NCBI GenBank assembly: GCA_951406725.2
Contig: OX597820.1
Span: 102,238,001 to 102,302,000, forward strand
Direction: 5' to 3'
DNA: 64,000 nucleotides
Source: Octopus vulgaris
Lineage: Eukaryota
The first letter of the stretch is position 1. Each line of letters opens with the position of its first letter. Below, piece after piece: positions 50,711 through 64,000 of this stretch. A program made the position numbers and the translations under genes. The notes beneath the pieces are model-generated. The model saw only the letters and a program-made list of their open reading frames with translations, was not told the origin of the DNA and did not search any database.

Positions 50711-52887
50711 TAGTGAATTTGATTCATTTGATTAAAAATTCTTCAAGGCAGTGCCCCAGCATGGCCACACTCTAGTGACTGAAACAAGCAGAAGATTAAA
50801 AAAAAGATCAGCATATGAAGAAATTTTTCCTACACATACATGCACAAGTGCGCATACCTCATAAATCATAGTTAATGAAATGAAATACCTAGAATTACAC
50901 TTTATGTGAAATAAGTGGAGATTTGATAATTTATACTTGCTCGTATTATCTATCATTCTGCTATCTGCAGACGTTCATTTGCAGCTTTAAACATGAACTG
51001 ACAATCTCAAAGAAAGTTATATCATCTGGGTGGGTACACTTCAAATCAAATGTCAAATCAAAAGTCCCACATATGATAGATTCTTCAAACAAGATATTTT
51101 TTTGTCTAGAAATCTTGATATAAAATTTCACATCTGGTTTAGTTGAAATCACAGCTTATTTATTAAAGGAAAAACATGATAAAACTTCCCATAAGCAATT
51201 TTAAATGAAACATTCTGTACAACTTATATGGGTCATCATCATTTCACATCTGTTTTACCAATTCTTTCTTTCATCTTCCATCTTTTATGTTTTACTTGCT
51301 TCAGTCATTGAACTGCAGACATTCTGAGGCAGCACCTTGAAGGGTTTAGCTGAACAAATTAACCCAGTACTTATTTTTAAAGCCTGATACTTATATTCTA
51401 ACAGTCTCTTTTGCCAAACTGTTATTTCCATTTTCCATGCTGGCACGGGTTAGACAGTTTGACTGGAGCTGGATAAGCTGGAGAGCTGCACCAGGTTCCA
51501 GTCTGTTTTAGTTTGGTTTCTATGGCTGGATGCCATTCCTAATGCCAACTACTCCATAAAGTGTACTGGGTGCTTTTTACATGTCACTGGCTCAGGTGCT
51601 TTTATGTCACCAGCCCAGGTGCCTTTTATGTGTTACTGGCACAAGTGTCTTTTACCTGTCACCAACATGGGTGCCTTTTTGTGTGTCATACGTTTAATAT
51701 AAAAATATTTTCCTTGTATCGTGTTTAAAGCAATTGATATTAGTTTCTCACATGAACCAGAAGGTTACAAATTTTAAAATGGTGGTAGTTTGTTGAATCA
51801 ACTATAGTATATGTATCGAACCTGTTTTATTGATTGTTGTGAAATAAAATTTTGAAGTCAACTCTGATAGGATTTGAACACAAAAATAGAGCAAAATATA
51901 TACAAAATTCCGAAAAGGCTTTTAGTCAGGCTTTCGAGTATTTCTTCCATCTTAACGGTTGAAAGGAAATTAATATTGATAAGATTTAAATTACGTGTCA
52001 GATCAACATACCTCCATCTGTTTTCAAGACAATTCATTTCTTTTGATTATATCTAAATCATATTATGCTATTAGTACTAATTCCTGTTAATTATTTCATT
52101 AACCCAGGAAAGATGAAAGACAAATCTGATTTTAGAAACATGAACTTATAATATTATACATATAGTCTGCAGGTCTACTCCCTGAGAGCACATGAACATC
52201 TAAGTTGATTGGCTTGCCAATAACCAGATGAGAGAAAAGTAGTTTATGCATTGTCAATGTATCAGTGATGACACAATTAATTCTCAAACAACTTAGTCTA
52301 ATTGGCTGTAAATAGATGATGCTAGATAGGATCTAAGCAATCCTCTCTACAATAGCAACCTCATCAACATGTTGTTTTGATTCGTTAGTTTGCAGTACAG
52401 AGTTCAAATTTTTCAGTGAGAAAGGTTACCCGAAGTATGTTAATGCTCTCTTCAAGGGAAAGTTTGTCGCTTATCTGATGCTACATAAAGTGTTGATAAG
52501 TAATGGCAATGAGCCATGTGGATTATTTGGAGTTTGCAAGCATTTTAGCTACTTCCTTCTAAAACTATATCATCCCTGTTGTCATCATCATCATTGCTTT
52601 GTCGATTACTTTTCTATGCTTGCATGGGTCAGATGGAATTTGTTGAGATAGATTTTCTACAGCTGGATACCCTTCCTGTTGTCAACCCTCACTTGCTTCT
52701 CAATAAGGCAATATTTACCCTTGGCTTGACATTCTTCCCATTGAAGACTAGAAATGAATTACACTACTTGTATGACACACACACAGGCACACACACACAC
52801 ACAAGCATGCACACACACAGACAGACGAAATACTGCTGAGCATTTCGCCCGGCGTGCTAATGTTTCTGCCAGCTCACCGCCTTCGAC

Positions 52888-53280
52888 CAATAATTTCCAT
52901 GATGGTCTTGAATGACTATTCACCAAACCTTTTCAATTGGCTCCTTGTTTTGGCTTGTGGGTGAACTGCCTGAGCCTCACTCTCCACAGGTGTAGCCATG
53001 TTTGAAGTAGCTGTGCTACTCCTTGATCTGAGTTTTGCTCATGGCATCATTGCCAAAAGCCTGCTGAATCTTCTCTATGGTTTGAGCTTGAGTATCACCA
53101 ATCTTTTGGCAAAACTTGATGTAATTTCTCTGCTCAGTGCCTTCAGTCATCTTACATAAAAATGAAAATCGGATGAGTGTGCACTACATGTCTGTACTCT
53201 TAGGCATAACAACAGCCAGGAACTGACATTAGTTTTGGCAGTAAAACATAAAGTTGGATACCTTTTGAATGCATCTTGTA
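52888..53280 (-). mobile_element. Mariner transposon 5' fragment (TIR plus decayed transposase N-terminus)
   Basis: MTEGTEQRNYIKFCQKIGDTQAQTIEKIQQAFGNDAMSKTQIKE*HSYFKHG; minus strand starts ta|caagatgcattcaaaaggtatcc. Confidence 0.8.
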
Positions 53281-53929
53281 TGTTATTGATGAGTTTCTTT
53301 CAGGCTCTCACTACCAAATCTATTCATCTAACAATGGACATTTAACATTAATTTTGTATTTCATTTTGCAATGAAAAAACCCTACATACAAAGTTACTCC
53401 TGTAGTACAAGAATAATTAGATTTATTCTGTATTCTATCTGAGATTTAGATAAATCATTCTAACTTAAACTGCCATAAATAACTAAAGCTGCTTTATATC
53501 ATCTTGCTAAATTTTTTTCCTTATGTTGGACAGTTAGTAATTATTTTTATTTGATTAAATTATTTTTGATATTGCACTCTGTTGCTTTCTGACATCAATT
53601 AAACAAAAGGAGGTATATCATCCTCTGTAAACTTTTTATAATTACTTTCTATGTTTTAATGTGTTTAGATTTCTGGCTGTTTGAAATATGAAATTGGGAA
53701 TTGATTACCTTTTTACTTGTTTTAGACTGTGGTCATGCTGGGGCACTACTTTGTAGAATTTTAGTCAAATTAACCAACCTCGGTATTTAGTCTTCTTTTC
53801 CAAAGCCTGGTACTTATTCTATCAATATCTTTTTGCCAAACGGCTAAGTTACAAGGATATAAGTAAACCAGTTCTAGTTGTTAGGGGGACAAACAGATAT
53901 ACAAACGCAAACACTCATAGATATACACA

Positions 53930-54340
53930 TATGGAGTGGTTGTGTGGTAAGTAGCTTGCTTACGAACCACATGGTTCTGGGTTCAGTCCCACTGCGTGGC
54001 ATCTTGGGCAAGTGTCTTCTGCTATAGCCCTGGGCCGACCAAAGCCTTGTGAGTTGATTTGGTAGGTGGAAACTGAAAGAAGCCTGTCGTATATATGTAT
54101 ATATGTGTATATATGTATGTGTGTGTATATGTTTGTGTGTCTGTGTTTGTTCCCCAAGCATTGCTTGACAACCGATGCTGGCGTGTTTACGTCCCCGTCA
54201 CTTAGCGGTTCGGCAAAAGAGACTGATTGAATAAGTACTTGGCTTACAAAGAATAAGTCCCGGGGTCGATTTACTCGACTAAAGCCGGTGCTCCTGGATG
54301 GCCGCAGCCAAATGACTGAAACAAGTAAAAGAGTAAAGAG
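53930..54340 (+). mobile_element. Full-length SINE family A
   Basis: Head to aaaagagt tail. Confidence 0.92.
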
Positions 54341-55509
54341 TATATGCATATATGTGTATGTATATGTGTATATGTATATATATGTATGTGCACGTGTGTG
54401 TGGCGACATGTAAAAAAAAGGTAAAGTTATCTTCTTGTGTCATGGTTCATAAGGGCCAGTTCCCTGGCTTCCTGGGGTATGAAGTCCCCACCCAGACAAG
54501 ATGCCAGTCTGTTGCAGGATCACTCATTTTTGCCAGCTGAGTGAACTGGAACAATGTGAAATGAAGTGTGTTGCTCAGAAAAACAATACATTGCCCGGTC
54601 CAGGAACTGAAACCATAATCTTACGATCATGAGTCCAACACCCTAACCACTAAGCCACATGCCTCCAATTTATGTGCGTGTTGTATGTATACATATGTGT
54701 GTGTATGTGTGTATGTATGTATATAATGTATATTTGTATACACATACACGTGTGTGTGTGTGTGTGTGTAACGTGTATGCGTATGCAGTTATGTATCTTA
54801 ATATACTGGGAAAAGAAATATATACTGGTAGATGTTACAATAATTGTCTAATTAAACTGACTTCGGTCATAAATTAGCATTTTGTATGTTTAGTACTCAT
54901 GGGTGAGAAAAAGAGAGATATAATGTGCAAATGCCAGTTATTTATAGTAGTTTGGGCCATGATAAATCTTGTTGAAAAAAACAGAGGAAGGTACTGTTTT
55001 GCTGTAAGACTAATGGAATAAACCTGACCCTAAAAGTAAACAAGTGGATTGCACTTGTAATTTTCTTCGTCTTATATAACATTGTTAATGGTTATTATTT
55101 CAGGGTACTTAATTCTTATAGAAGGTTTTGTTTTGAGTGCATGTCCTCGCGTGTGTGTGTGCATGATGTGTATGTGTGTATGTACATATCTGTGTGTGGG
55201 TACATGTGTGTGTGTGTGAGAGATTAACTGATGATGATGATATCACCATCATCATCATCATCACCATTGTTTAATGTCTGCTTTCCATGCTGGCATGGGT
55301 TGGACGGTTTGACTGAGGACTGGCAAGCCAGGCGGCTGCACCAGGCTCCAATCTGTTCTGGCAAGGTTTCTACAGCTGGATGCCCCTCCTAATGCCAACC
55401 ACTCCGAGAGTGTTTTTTATGTGCCACTGGCAATGGCATCAGCTACACACGAATGGTGCTTTTTTATGTAACATACATGCATACATACATACATACATAC
55501 ATACATACA

Positions 55510-55540
<31 letters not shown>

Positions 55541-55545
55541 GTATA

Positions 55546-55604
<59 letters not shown>

Positions 55605-55731
55605 CAGTAAAATTTAGATTCAGTTGAATATGGTACTTAAGTTAAAGCGCCAGAATTTGGTATGGTATTATCCATATAATTCAAGATGGGGTGATTACAA
55701 TCAAAATAAGCAACAAGGATATCCAGAGGTA

Positions 55732-55821
55732 ATGCAGTACGATTGTTTCATGAGACTCCATTTAATTGAATAATGCAAATATTACATCAATTTTAAAATA
55801 TAGAGCAATCTTCAGCTGCAT
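55732..55821 (-). ncRNA. Type I hammerhead with long stem II
   Basis: Minus strand reads atgcag-CTGAAGA-ttgctcta...aattga/tcaatt, tgtaa/ttgca...tggagtctcat-GAAA-caatcg-TA-ctgcat; 6-bp stem I. Confidence 0.75.
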
Positions 55822-56208
55822 AAAAATATAGAATTTAGTTAAATTCGAAGGATTCATTTGTATAGTTTTTCTATTAACCAAAATCACAAAGAGGATAAGT
55901 AGATGCCCTTCCTAAAGCCAACCACTACGTGAGTGTAGTGGTTCCTTTTTACGTCCCACCGGCACAGGTGCTAGGTGAGGCTGGCAACGGCCACGATCGG
56001 TTAGTGCTTTTTACGTGCCACTGGCACGGAAGCCAGTCAAGGCGGTGCTGGCATCGGCCATGTTCAGATGGTGGTTTTTATGTGCCACCAACACAGGTAT
56101 CACATCTACAATTTCCATTTGAGTTTTTTGATGTTGATGTACATACATACATACATATCATCATCATCATCTTCGTTTAGCGTCCGCTTTCCATGCTAAC
56201 ATGTGTTG

Positions 56209-56280
<72 letters not shown>

Positions 56281-56345
56281 GTTTGTATATATATATATAT
56301 ATATATGTTTGTATATATATATATGTTTGTATATAAATATGTGTG

Positions 56346-56472
56346 TGCAAAAACATCACAAAATCATCACAAAAACCGCTACTCGGAGTTTCATGATCCC
56401 TTTCATTGGACAACTGTCTGATGACATTTGAACATGAAACTCTGAGTAGTAGATTTTTGTGATGTTTTTGCA
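56346..56472. repeat. Hairpin element with two outward-facing decayed hammerhead cores
   Basis: tgcaaaaacatcacaaaa/ttttgtgatgtttttgca and ctactcggagtttcatg/catgaaactctgagtag; CTGATGA at 56418, GAAA-ctctgag-TA at 56436. Confidence 0.6.
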
Positions 56473-56661
56473 GCTTTAATAATAAAGCGTATTACTCTAC
56501 CTCTGGTATTCAAGTACTATTTTTTCCCAGCTTCTTTCACATTTATGTGCTTTTCTATGTATTGTCTATCTGGATGTTTTGTTGTCCCTTTTGTATAACC
56601 TAGTTGTCCGGATGTTTTGCGTCTTGTCACCTTTTGTATTTTATATATATACTATAGTACA

Positions 56662-56692
<31 letters not shown>

Positions 56693-57175
56693 GTATATTC
56701 ATATATAAATATACACACATACATACATACATACATACATGCATACATACATACATATATAAATATATATGCACATATATACACACACACACATTTACAC
56801 ACACTCACACACACACTCTCTCTCTCTCATGCACACACACACACACTTACACACACACTCACACACACACACACTCTCTCTCTCTCTCTCATGCACACAC
56901 ACACACACACACACACACAGAGCATATTGTTCAGTGGGATCAACAGAAAAAAGCAGTCCATAAAGTGAAAGCCAAAGATACCATTTAATATAAACAAGAT
57001 CTACACACAAGATGTTATTATTGGACAGTCATTCAGCTCTCATATTCGAGCCAGATTGATTACCTAATAATACTCACCATACTATACAAACTTTTTCAAC
57101 TACTTCATTATCTGAGGCATGAAACTTGCACTAGCTTACATATAAATCATATAAATGATTTCTACAGGTAAGTAT

Positions 57176-57468
57176 AATGATAATAATAATAATAATGAAA
57201 TTATTGTGTATAGTGCTCAGGTGCACTACAACTCATCAAAAATGCATGTACAGTACATAGAATTATGTACAAAAGTCAAGAATGTGAACAGTCTATGAGT
57301 CATGATAAACACGTGTGCATGGTTATGGAGTTGGTGGAATATCAGGTGTAGCGTTGGCGAATTTCAGGAATCACGGAGGTTTTAAAGGATGCAATGTCTC
57401 GGCAACTAACAACTGATGCAGGTAGTTTCTTCCATGCTTCAGCAACTCTGTATGTGAACAAATGTTTC
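57176..57468 (-). mobile_element. 3' end of a CR1/L2-type LINE related to 3541-5810
   Basis: (TAA)n then attgtgtatagtgctcaggtgcactacaactcatc and ttccatgcttcagcaactctg, shared with 3565-3740. Confidence 0.88.
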
Positions 57469-57709
57469 TTTTACTTGTTTTAGTCATTTTATTGTGGCCA
57501 TGCTGGAGCACTGCCTTCAAAGGGTTTTAGTTGAACAAATCGATTCCAGGACTTTTTTTTTTTAAGCCTAGTACTTATTCTATTGGTGTCTTGTGCTGAA
57601 CTACTAAGTTATGGGGACGTAAACACACCAACACTGGTCATCAAGTGGTGATGGGGTGACAAACACAGACACAAAGACACGCACACATAGATATATACAT
57701 ATACATACA

Positions 57710-57756
<47 letters not shown>

Positions 57757-58111
57757 ACATACATACATACATATACATATACATATATATATATATATAT
57801 CCACACATATACATATACATATGCACACACACACACACATATAATATATATATATATACACATACATACATATATGTATAACTGTGTATTGAAAGTATGT
57901 ATAGTTTGGTATCTGTTAAGTGTCAGATTAGGTTCTTAAACTACAGTTTCATTTGATAAACCATTTTGGTTACTATCAAACAGTTTACAATTAAACTTTG
58001 AATTTATACCAACAGTTTTTATCCATCACTGCTTTCATAAATTAATAGAATTTATTAATTACATAATGACGCAAACATCTGTCATGTTCTGTTTTATTTT
58101 TACAACATCAC

Positions 58112-58154
58112 TATGGACAGCTGTTTCAAGTCTCATTATAGTCTCATCAGCAGT
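58112..58154 (-). ncRNA. Decayed type I hammerhead
   Basis: Minus strand reads tg-CTGATGA-gactataatgagactt-GAAA-cagctg-TC-ca; same stem III as 50125 but stem II poorly paired. Confidence 0.55.
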
Positions 58155-58366
58155 CTCCTACGTTATATTAACTGCCATACATATCGAATAAAATTTGATT
58201 TATTTATAAATGCAATGATGGAAAAAATTCATGAATAAACCCCTGAGTAAAGTTTAGTAATTAAAATTAAACACTGTTGGCACACTTGTTAATTTTGTTG
58301 ACTGTATACATCATTAAGTTCAATACATAAGATACTTCTTGCATACAAACACACACACATGCGCAT

Positions 58367-58402
<36 letters not shown>

Positions 58403-58642
58403 TCACACACACACATAGAGGCATACAAAGATACAGAGATACAAAAATATATACATAAACACAGGCGTGGCTTTGTGGTATGAAGTTTGTTCCCCAACCA
58501 TATGGTTCCAGGTTCAGTCCCCACTGCATGGTATCTTGGGCAAGTGTCTTCTACTATAGCTGCCAGCAGACCAAAGCTTTGTGAGTGGATTTGTTTGATA
58601 TAACTGAAAGATGCTTGTTGCATATATATTTACACACGCATA

Positions 58643-59143
58643 TCTATATATATAAAACTCTAGTTGTGTGAGTGTCTGTCCCCTTCGATTTAGATTCCTA
58701 ACTCCTCCCACATTTTGCGGTGCAGTTTAACCAAATTCGGGTATCTTATAGTCGTGATTCATATCGAGCCCGTCTGACTATTAGCGCGCGTCAACGATGA
58801 GTCTACGATTTTAAAAATAATTTAACATCATTTTTTATTCCATTTTAATGCATAAAATGCATCGTATGTCGATGGCGGCGGAGTTGGTGTCCACGCTCAC
58901 AGCTGCACCTGTTTGCTTCTCCCCCTTCCCTCCCTCGTGAAGCTGTGGGGAAGGGAGTATAAAGAAATCAACGTCGTAATGCGTTGTGAAGGAAACCAGC
59001 GTTCTTTTAGAACAACGACTTCATGGCTTGAAGACACCAAAACAAAAATGGCTAAGAAAGCCCGAATTTATAAGGAAGTAACTCTCTAAAAATGCTTATA
59101 TAGTTATTTCCCTTACAAACCCGAGCAACACCGGGCGATACTG

Positions 59144-59147
<4 letters not shown>
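58643..59147 (+). mobile_element. Non-autonomous Helitron
   Basis: a|tctatatatataaaact 5' end, 3' hairpin cccgagcaacaccggg followed by cgatactgcta(t), CpG-rich interior, no TSD. Confidence 0.8.
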
Positions 59148-60282
<1,135 letters not shown>

Positions 60283-60490
60283 CTACTTACCACACAGCCA
60301 CTCCTTATATATATATATATATATGTATAGGCACAGGTGTAGCTGTATGGTAAGAAGCTTGTTTCCCAACCACATGATTCCAGGTTCAGTCCCACTGCAT
60401 GGCACCTTGGGAAAGTGTCTTCTTCTATAGCCTTGGGCCAACCAAACTTTGTGAGCGGATTTGGTAGACAGAAACTGAAAGAAGCCCGTC

Positions 60491-60525
<35 letters not shown>

Positions 60526-60659
60526 CCAAAAATTAATTTACAAATGTTTTCATCAGTGTATTTTTGTAGTTTTCATTAGTGTATTTTTGGCGATTTAATA
60601 AGAGTTTTGACTGTTATTTCAAGCAGGTAGACATACTTAGTATGTCCTTTGATTAATTT

Positions 60660-60727
<68 letters not shown>

Positions 60728-61299
60728 TATATATGTATATGTTTATGTATGTGTTTGTCTCACCCCCATCGTCACTTGATAATCGATGTTGGTGTGTTTA
60801 TGTCCCCATAAAGTAGCAGCTTAGCAAAAGAGACCGATAGAATAAGTAAAGTTTGGTCCTGAATGACCATGGAATTGCACCTAGGAAGTTCCCCTCCAAG
60901 GTACAAGTCTGTGCAGGGTTGTTTATGGAAGACCAACAGTTTCCCATGCATACCAGTTTTCCGTCTCCATACCACCGACGTTATCCAAGGGAAAGGTCGA
61001 TGAAGCTTGGCACCAGTGATACTACAACTCATTTTTACAATGGAGTGAGCAAGAGCAATGTGAAATAAAGTGTCTTGCTCAAGAACACAACACACAGCCT
61101 GGTCCAGGAATCGAACTCAGTACCTCATAATTGTGAGCCTGACGGTCTAACCACTGAGCCATGTGCCTTCATGTTGATGACGATGATGATGATGATATAT
61201 ATGTATATGTATATATCATGATGATGATGATATATATATATATATATATATAATATATATATAATGACGAATTATATTTGTATTTATTTGCTCAGATAT

Positions 61300-61358
61300 A
61301 TTCAACTGATGATGGCAAAGCTTATTTAAAGCAAAGCAAGAAATCCAGGATCTTGAAT
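61300..61358 (+). ncRNA. Type I hammerhead, core intact
   Basis: attcaa-CTGATGA-tggc-aaa-gctt/aagc-aaa-gcaa-GAAA-tccagga-TC-ttgaat; predicted cut after C61352. Confidence 0.75.
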
Positions 61359-62248
61359 TATTCAGTAATATCTTTTTTGTTTGTCTATTTTGTCCGTCTG
61401 TCTTATCTCATGGTGCGATATGAACATTTAAGGTGGCTTTTAGAGTCAGGGATTTGACTGCTATTTCGGCATGGTGGTGTCTCTTAGACACCCTTATTTT
61501 TAGTTATATATATATATATATATACATATATATAAAATGAACTGTTTAATAAACAAGAGGAAACTTATGTAACATGATATAAAAATGTCGGTAGCAATCA
61601 TGCCATATATCATTGGTGTAAAGGAAGAATGATATCAAATAATCATATTATATGTGTGTGTGTGTGTATGTACATGTGTGAGTATGTGTGTGTCAGCATG
61701 TGTGTGTGAGCATCTGTGCGTGCATATGTGCATGCAAGCATGTGTGTCGGGGATGGGGTTATTATTATAATTAAACCTCTTTACAGTGCTGCCTGTGTAG
61801 GAATGTCTGCAGACCTGTCCTAACATCTTGTCTCTCTGACACTTGTTAGCTCACTTCTGAGCCATTCTGCCTATGTAATGAGCTACGGCACAGGACATCC
61901 CTCACTCAAGCCTCTCAATCACTATCACCCCTTTGATATCAAGGGTCAACATCACTTCTGCTCTCCCTCTTTTCTATCCCCTCACCCCTTTAAATTTATT
62001 TCCTTGTTCCCTTCAACCACACAATCCCAATGTGACATTGGGTTGAGCAGAACGATACAGTACAGAATAGTGAAGAATCTTTAGCTTTAAAGGCAGGCCT
62101 CTTCCATATAGTGCTGGTCCAATGATGGTGATGATGACAATGACGATGATGATGATGATTATCATCATTTTTGTTGTCATTGTCGTCGTCATTGATGTCA
62201 CCATCATTGTCGTCATCATTGTTGTCATCGTCATCATCATCATCAACG

Positions 62249-62328
<80 letters not shown>

Positions 62329-62981
62329 GTCATCATCATCATCACCTGTTTTCCATGCTGGAATGGGTTGGATGGTTTGGCAGGAGTTGGTAAACCAGAA
62401 AAGATGGACCAGGCTTCACTACCTGTTTTGGCATGATTTTTACGGCTTCATGCCCTTCCTTACACCAACCATCTTACAGAGTCGACAGTGCTTTTTATGT
62501 GGCACCAGCACCAGTGAAGTTTGATTTGCCATGGTTTTTTATTTACAGCTGGATGCTCTTCCAAAGATCAATCAACCACTTTACAGTGTGGACTTGATGC
62601 CTTTTAACCTGGTTAGAAATCTAACACAGACAAAATAAGATCAAGACAAGTCTTTTTATTTTTATATTCGTCTTGTCAAGGAGAGCAACCTCAGTGTTGT
62701 TGCTACCACAAAATCCATGGAATATTCCCTGTAAAGTGCTTGGTAATAGGAGGGCTGTAGAAGCCAATTCAGAAATGAATTTGTGAGTGAAACAGTTTCT
62801 CTGAGCTGTCAAGAAGGGTAGCAAGTGTGAATAAGAAGTAATTTGGACAGTGATGATACAACCAGACTATGCCAGCTTGAAAGGCAGTTATAGAATGATG
62901 ATGATGCTGTGTGTGTATGTGTGTGTATGTGTGTGTGTATGTGTATGTGTGTGTGTGTGTACAAAGATGTGCATATGTATA

Positions 62982-63013
<32 letters not shown>

Positions 63014-63457
63014 AAATAACATAAATATGTATGTATATATGCATGTATATATGGGTACAGGACATTACCAACAGTGCACCTAACATAAAATACATAAATA
63101 ATGAGTTAAATACGTAAACAACGAGAAAAAGAGGGAAAATAGGACGAGTAAACACAGAGAAAGGACCCTTCGTCAGTCGTTGGCTGTCTATCTACTCCTC
63201 ATTTCGAGCATTCAATGACAATTTATGAGTCTTCCAAGACAAGACAGTTGATCCCATAAATTCTAAAATAAAATTTAGGATTTATGGAGGGTCAAAGTTA
63301 TAATACAGGAAGAGAGAGAGAAGGAGAGAGAGAGACAGAGACAGAGAGAGAGAGAGAGAGAGTGGGGAGAGAGAGAGAGAAACTGATGTAAATATATTCA
63401 TATATATGCAAAATTACTTGTACATATATGTAATGTAAATGTGTGTGTATGCACACT

Positions 63458-63689
63458 TATTTCTTTATTGCCCACAAGGGGCTAAACATAGAGGGGACAA
63501 ACAAGGACAGACAAAGGGATTAAGTCGATTACATCGACCCCAGTGCGTAACTGGTACTTAATTTATCTACCCCGAAAGGATGAAAGGCAAATTTGACCTC
63601 GGCGGAATTTGAACTCACAGCGTAACGGCAGATGAAATACGACTACGCATTTCACCCGGCGTGCTAACGTTTCTGCCAGCTCGCCGCCT
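63458..63689 (-). mobile_element. Young full-length SINE family B
   Basis: Reverse complement of 16683-16913; atgcacact repeated at 63449 and 63694. Confidence 0.9.
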
Positions 63690-63791
63690 TATAATGCACA
63701 CTATCATGTATGTGTGTCTGTATGAGTTGCATGCATTTAGCCTCACAAGTCTTATGAATACAAACAAACGATAATATTTACTACATATAAT

Positions 63792-64000
63792 AGGCGCAGG
63801 AGTGGCTGTGTGGTAAGTAGCTTGCTAACCAACCACGTGGTTCTGGGTTCAGTCCCACTGCGTGGCATCTTGGGCAAGTGTCTTCTGCTATAGCCCCGTC
63901 TGACCAATGCCTTGTGAGTGGATTTGGTAGACGGAAACTGAAAGAAGCCCGTCGTATATATGTATATATATATATAAGTGTGTGTGTTTGTGTGTCTGTG
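63792..64000 (+). mobile_element. SINE family A, runs off the window end
   Basis: ggcgcaggagtggctgtgtggtaagtagcttg head. Confidence 0.92.

Noticed and set aside
63130-63240. Hammerhead on the minus strand (CTGACGA and GAAA present)
   Set aside because: GAAA precedes CTGACGA and no convincing stems I and III could be paired.

Overview
Eukaryotic, AT-rich, repeat-saturated DNA with no confidently identifiable host protein-coding gene. It looks like an intergenic or intronic animal region, and the SINE and microsatellite make-up suggests a cephalopod such as Octopus (inference). Almost all ORFs in the supplied track are translations of (TA)n, (CA)n, (CAT)n or (TACA)n microsatellites, or of SINEs. 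Real coding remnants are all transposon-derived: a 5'-truncated CR1/L2-type LINE (3541-5810), RTE-type fragments (one with a PHD finger inside the RT ORF, one with three C-terminal C2H2 fingers), R4/Dong-type fragments, two Tc1/mariner remnants and non-autonomous Helitrons. Several tRNA-derived SINE families are present in dozens of copies. The main unannotated signal is about 17 type I hammerhead-ribozyme motifs from several unrelated sequence families. They have palindromic stem III, often sit in inverted-repeat insertions or beside (TA)n tracts, and resemble Penelope-like element (PLE) termini. They include a family with a fixed G3-C8 core swap (GTGAACA), several with very long stem II, and a tRNA-headed SINE that carries a hammerhead tail. 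All structures were assigned by eye and need folding, search and cleavage tests. SINE and fragment boundaries are approximate.
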